Of a DNA stretch of 64,000 nucleotides, positions 61,034-64,000 are shown in pieces; the stretch's first letter is position 1, and each line of letters begins with the position of its first letter. A model generated the notes under the pieces. The model saw only the letters and a program-made list of their open reading frames with translations. It searched no databases and was not told the origin of the DNA. Source of the stretch: Podarcis filfolensis (Eukaryota); assembly GCA_964270895.1 (NCBI GenBank), contig OZ185437.1, one strand, 5' to 3'. Position numbers and translations under genes: made by a program.

Positions 61034-61861
61034 GCTAGAGGAACACCCACCACTCTTCTCAGAACAACAACCTGCAGGCCTCAAGGGGGGAATGGGAGAA
61101 GGGAAAGGGAAATCACCCCCCAGCCTGCTTTGAAGATCCCAGTATAAAGATCCTTTATACTTTATCCTTGAGGAGACCATCTGCACCCACAGCAATCCTA
61201 AACAGAAGTGATTTTGCTGAACAAATGAAATTAGTTTTATCAATGTCTGAAAAAAGATATTTGATCTTTTGCATGTTTTACGGGCAAGACAACCAACCAG
61301 AAGAAGCAATCCCGTGAGAGAACATTTCTTTATTAGCAAGAGATGAACAATCACTTTAACCGAAAACTAGAGAAAAGATTTGTCATCATTTGGTAAACAA
61401 AGGATCATTGTATCCAAGGTGTGCATTCCCCCAAGGAACATCTTAAAATACTAATAAAGCTGGATCTTTTGAAAAATGTGTGGTGGAATTCTCTCGGCTA
61501 CTTAGGGACAGTTTAGGCAAGGGAGTGTTACATTTGAGAAGTCATAACAAATGAAGTTGCCTTGCATGTGGCAGATAAGTTATTTAGAATATATTTGTTT
61601 TCCTCCTTAAGCTAAAGCAATTTAAAAATCAGTTATCATCAGCTATTTCCTTTCTGGTTAGCAAATGATTCATAAGCACTGTGCTAGTAAGAGTGATTTG
61701 TCTTCTGAAGTGACAGTCTTACATCCGGTGTAGCACAGGAGTAAGTTAAAGCATGTAAATTTAAGCCCCTGGCTTAAATTTCACTTAGGCCAGGAATTAA
61801 CTAGATAAAATTAGGCAACCTCCTCTTATTTCAGAGTCCAGCCCCAGCTCCTTGCTACAAG

Positions 61862-62005
61862 GATAGAATCATAGAATTTATAAAGTTGGCAGGGACCACG
61901 AGGGTCATCTAGTCCAACCCACTGAAACACAGGAATATTTTGCCCAACATGGGGCTCAAATCCATAGCCCTAGGTTAAGAGTCTCATGCTCTGAGCTATC
62001 CCAGC
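61862..62005 (-). mobile_element. tRNA-Lys-derived SINE with CR1 tail
   Basis: Reverse complement of the 505-710 family: ATAGAATCATAGAAT...GCCCAACATGGGGCTCAAA...TTAAGAGTCTCATGCTCT. Confidence 0.75.
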
Positions 62006-62241
62006 TGTCTACCAAAGTATTGTATGGGAAACAATTTGAACACTCAAAAAGCCCTATATAAATGTCAAGAAGCTGTAACATTCTACACAATTTACGTATA
62101 TTTAACAAAGGGGGGGGGGAATCAACACAGATCCTGCTCTGGAAGTCTAAACAAAGGACAAGGCCAGCAAGTGCCACAATGCAAAGTTATAAGGATCACA
62201 GAATTTTAACTTTTACTTATAGTAATTTATGGTACTGGTAC

Positions 62242-62356
62242 CTTGCTTTGGGGGTCTTTGGACAGGCTTAAATGCAAAGAAGCCTTGTCATCTGCCTGGA
62301 TCCAGAATGTGTAATTATTTGTCTGTGGTGCCACAAAAAAACCACATAGTCGTGCC
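62242..62356 (-). CDS. PKHD1: PKHD1 exon 15 equivalent (115 bp)
   Basis: [38 protein letters not shown]; ttacccag|G ... AAG|gtacca. Confidence 0.93.
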
Positions 62357-63199
62357 CTGGGTAACAAAACAAAAACATGAATGAAGCAAACTTCCAGACA
62401 CATAACAGGCTTCCATTTCTGAGGAAAAGATGAGTTACGTGAATGACTTTAGTTATTACACAATCATTTTAAAAAACTTACCTTTATAGAACACCACTGA
62501 GACATATATGTTATCTCATCCCAGAATAAAATGTTAGCTTACTAAAGAATCTCCAAGAAACTACCTATAAAAACGATCCTTTCTTGCATAACTAGTGTTA
62601 TGAAAATTAATAAACTCATTAGTAGTTGATTCTAAAAAATAAAATAAAAAGTAGGAAATGTAGCTCCCTATTGATTGCCTCCCCCCCTGCCCCCGGCAAA
62701 TTTATTTACACATATGAAACTGACCAGGGAACCTCATGGCTCCTGCCAGTTCCACCTGTAGGTTTAGAAACAGCAAGTGTAAAAACTGAGAGGGAATGTT
62801 GTCTTCAGGTAGATTTCGTGAAAGTCAATCCGGTTTCTTTCCTTAAAAGTTATCAAATTTTCATCTAAGGAGATTGTTTCAGGTGCTCATTAAATCAGCA
62901 CCAGAGAGCTACATCACAATTTCCAGAACCAAGGCACCTTTCCAATATATGTTTTCATTCTATTGGGTAAATGTTTGGATAGGATATTAAAGACCTTTGG
63001 GGAGATTTTGCCATTTCTTCCATAAAGTGAATTTCTCTTTTCCCACAACATTGGTCAGCCATATTTTTTCTCTGTTCTAAATATTCAAATACAATGAACA
63101 TCTATGGAATCCCATATTCTGTCTGTGAAGATTCTGCAGCTGAGCCAATTCTGTCTGGGTCATGTGCTATGTCAATAAATGCTAAGGAAAGATGCTCAC

Positions 63200-63275
63200 A
63201 TTTTATGGTTTTATATCTTGATTTTATTCTGTGAACCACCCTGAGACCCCCATGTATAGGGCAGTATATAAATTC

Positions 63276-63322
<47 letters not shown>
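63200..63322 (+). mobile_element. L2-type 3' tail ending in (TAA)n
   Basis: TGTGAACCACCCTGAGAC...GGGCAGTATATAAAT followed by about 15 TAA units. Confidence 0.7.
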
Positions 63323-63324
<2 letters not shown>

Positions 63325-63351
63325 TGCCATTGTGATTCCCTACCTATCTAG

Positions 63352-64000
63352 TACTGTAGGAATGAAACCACCTGGGACGAGAATTACACCAATATAATTG
63401 GGATACTTGGTTGCAGGTATTTTTCCCAGTCAATAAAGACAGACACTGGGTTCTCTGAGGAAGGTCAGATATATTTATCTGCGCGGGGGCTACAGCGGGA
63501 TCTCTCCCAAAGGCTGAGCCCCTTCTTGTTCTCTGAGGTTGCCTTTTATAGTATGGGGCAAACAACTTCTTACAGGCTTACTCAAGCAGGCAGAAAAAGC
63601 GGAACTTTACTCATGCAGGCAAGAGAAACAGAACTTGTTTTAGCTTTCCCCCCTCCTGTCCTGTCTGCCCCAAACTGCGAGCATGTGCAGATTTCTTGCC
63701 CAACCTGCAAACCTGCAAGTTTAAAAACAGACACAGTTAGCTCATCCCTTCTGACTGACTTTCTGACCTTCTAGCATAGACATCTTACTCAGCACTCCTA
63801 CTAATTCTGGAGTGGGAGGGGGTTGAGATAATCTCAGTTTGGGCCTTCTATCAACTTCTCCCCCTTTCCCCCCAGTAGTCAGTACCTTCTAGATAGTTTC
63901 AGTACTCAAATGTTACCAGAGTGTACTGGGTCCATGGGGAAGTAGCAACGTCCCATCTAAGTACGAATAGGCTTTCAGCTTTCATTCAGCCAGCTGGTAT
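63352..64000 (-). mobile_element. Possible LTR (reverse orientation)
   Basis: TGTAGG start; TTTAT and CCTTTTATA signals typical of a reversed LTR; no internal ORF seen. Confidence 0.35.

Larger units (their letters stand above)
30819..62356 (-). other. PKHD1: PKHD1 (fibrocystin) gene, internal portion; extends beyond both window ends
   Basis: 18 minus-strand exons with canonical splice sites and consistent phases. Translations match human fibrocystin as recalled (IPT/TIG repeats, PA14-like region); many exon sizes equal the recalled human sizes (115, 90, 91, 139, 185, 123, 106, 131, 136, 196, 68 bp). Confidence 0.96.

Noticed and set aside
62357-64000. PKHD1 exon 14
   Set aside because: No GNRGL-like exon found; it probably lies beyond the window.

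Overview
Vertebrate genomic DNA from a squamate reptile, probably a lacertid lizard (inferred from Sauria SINE, Bov-B, CR1/L2 and hAT/Tc1 MITE content). The minus strand carries the middle of PKHD1 (fibrocystin). I traced 18 coding exons with GT-AG boundaries and matching phases, equivalent to human exons 15-18 and 22-35 (human numbering and sizes from memory). Exon 35 is partly hidden in an N-gap, and 1-30.8 kb is one large intron. Main points of interest: (1) an intronless 229-aa Arg/Lys-rich, protamine/H1-tail-like ORF with its own CCAAT/TATA promoter, nested antisense in PKHD1 intron 15 (60344-61033); (2) no recognisable equivalents of human exons 19-21, with exon 18 and exon 22 joinable in frame; (3) a very young Gypsy LTR element with apparently identical LTRs and a TSD, but lacking integrase; (4) four related LTR/DIRS-Ngaro-like repeats, one with permuted block order. 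The rest is ordinary lizard repeat landscape.
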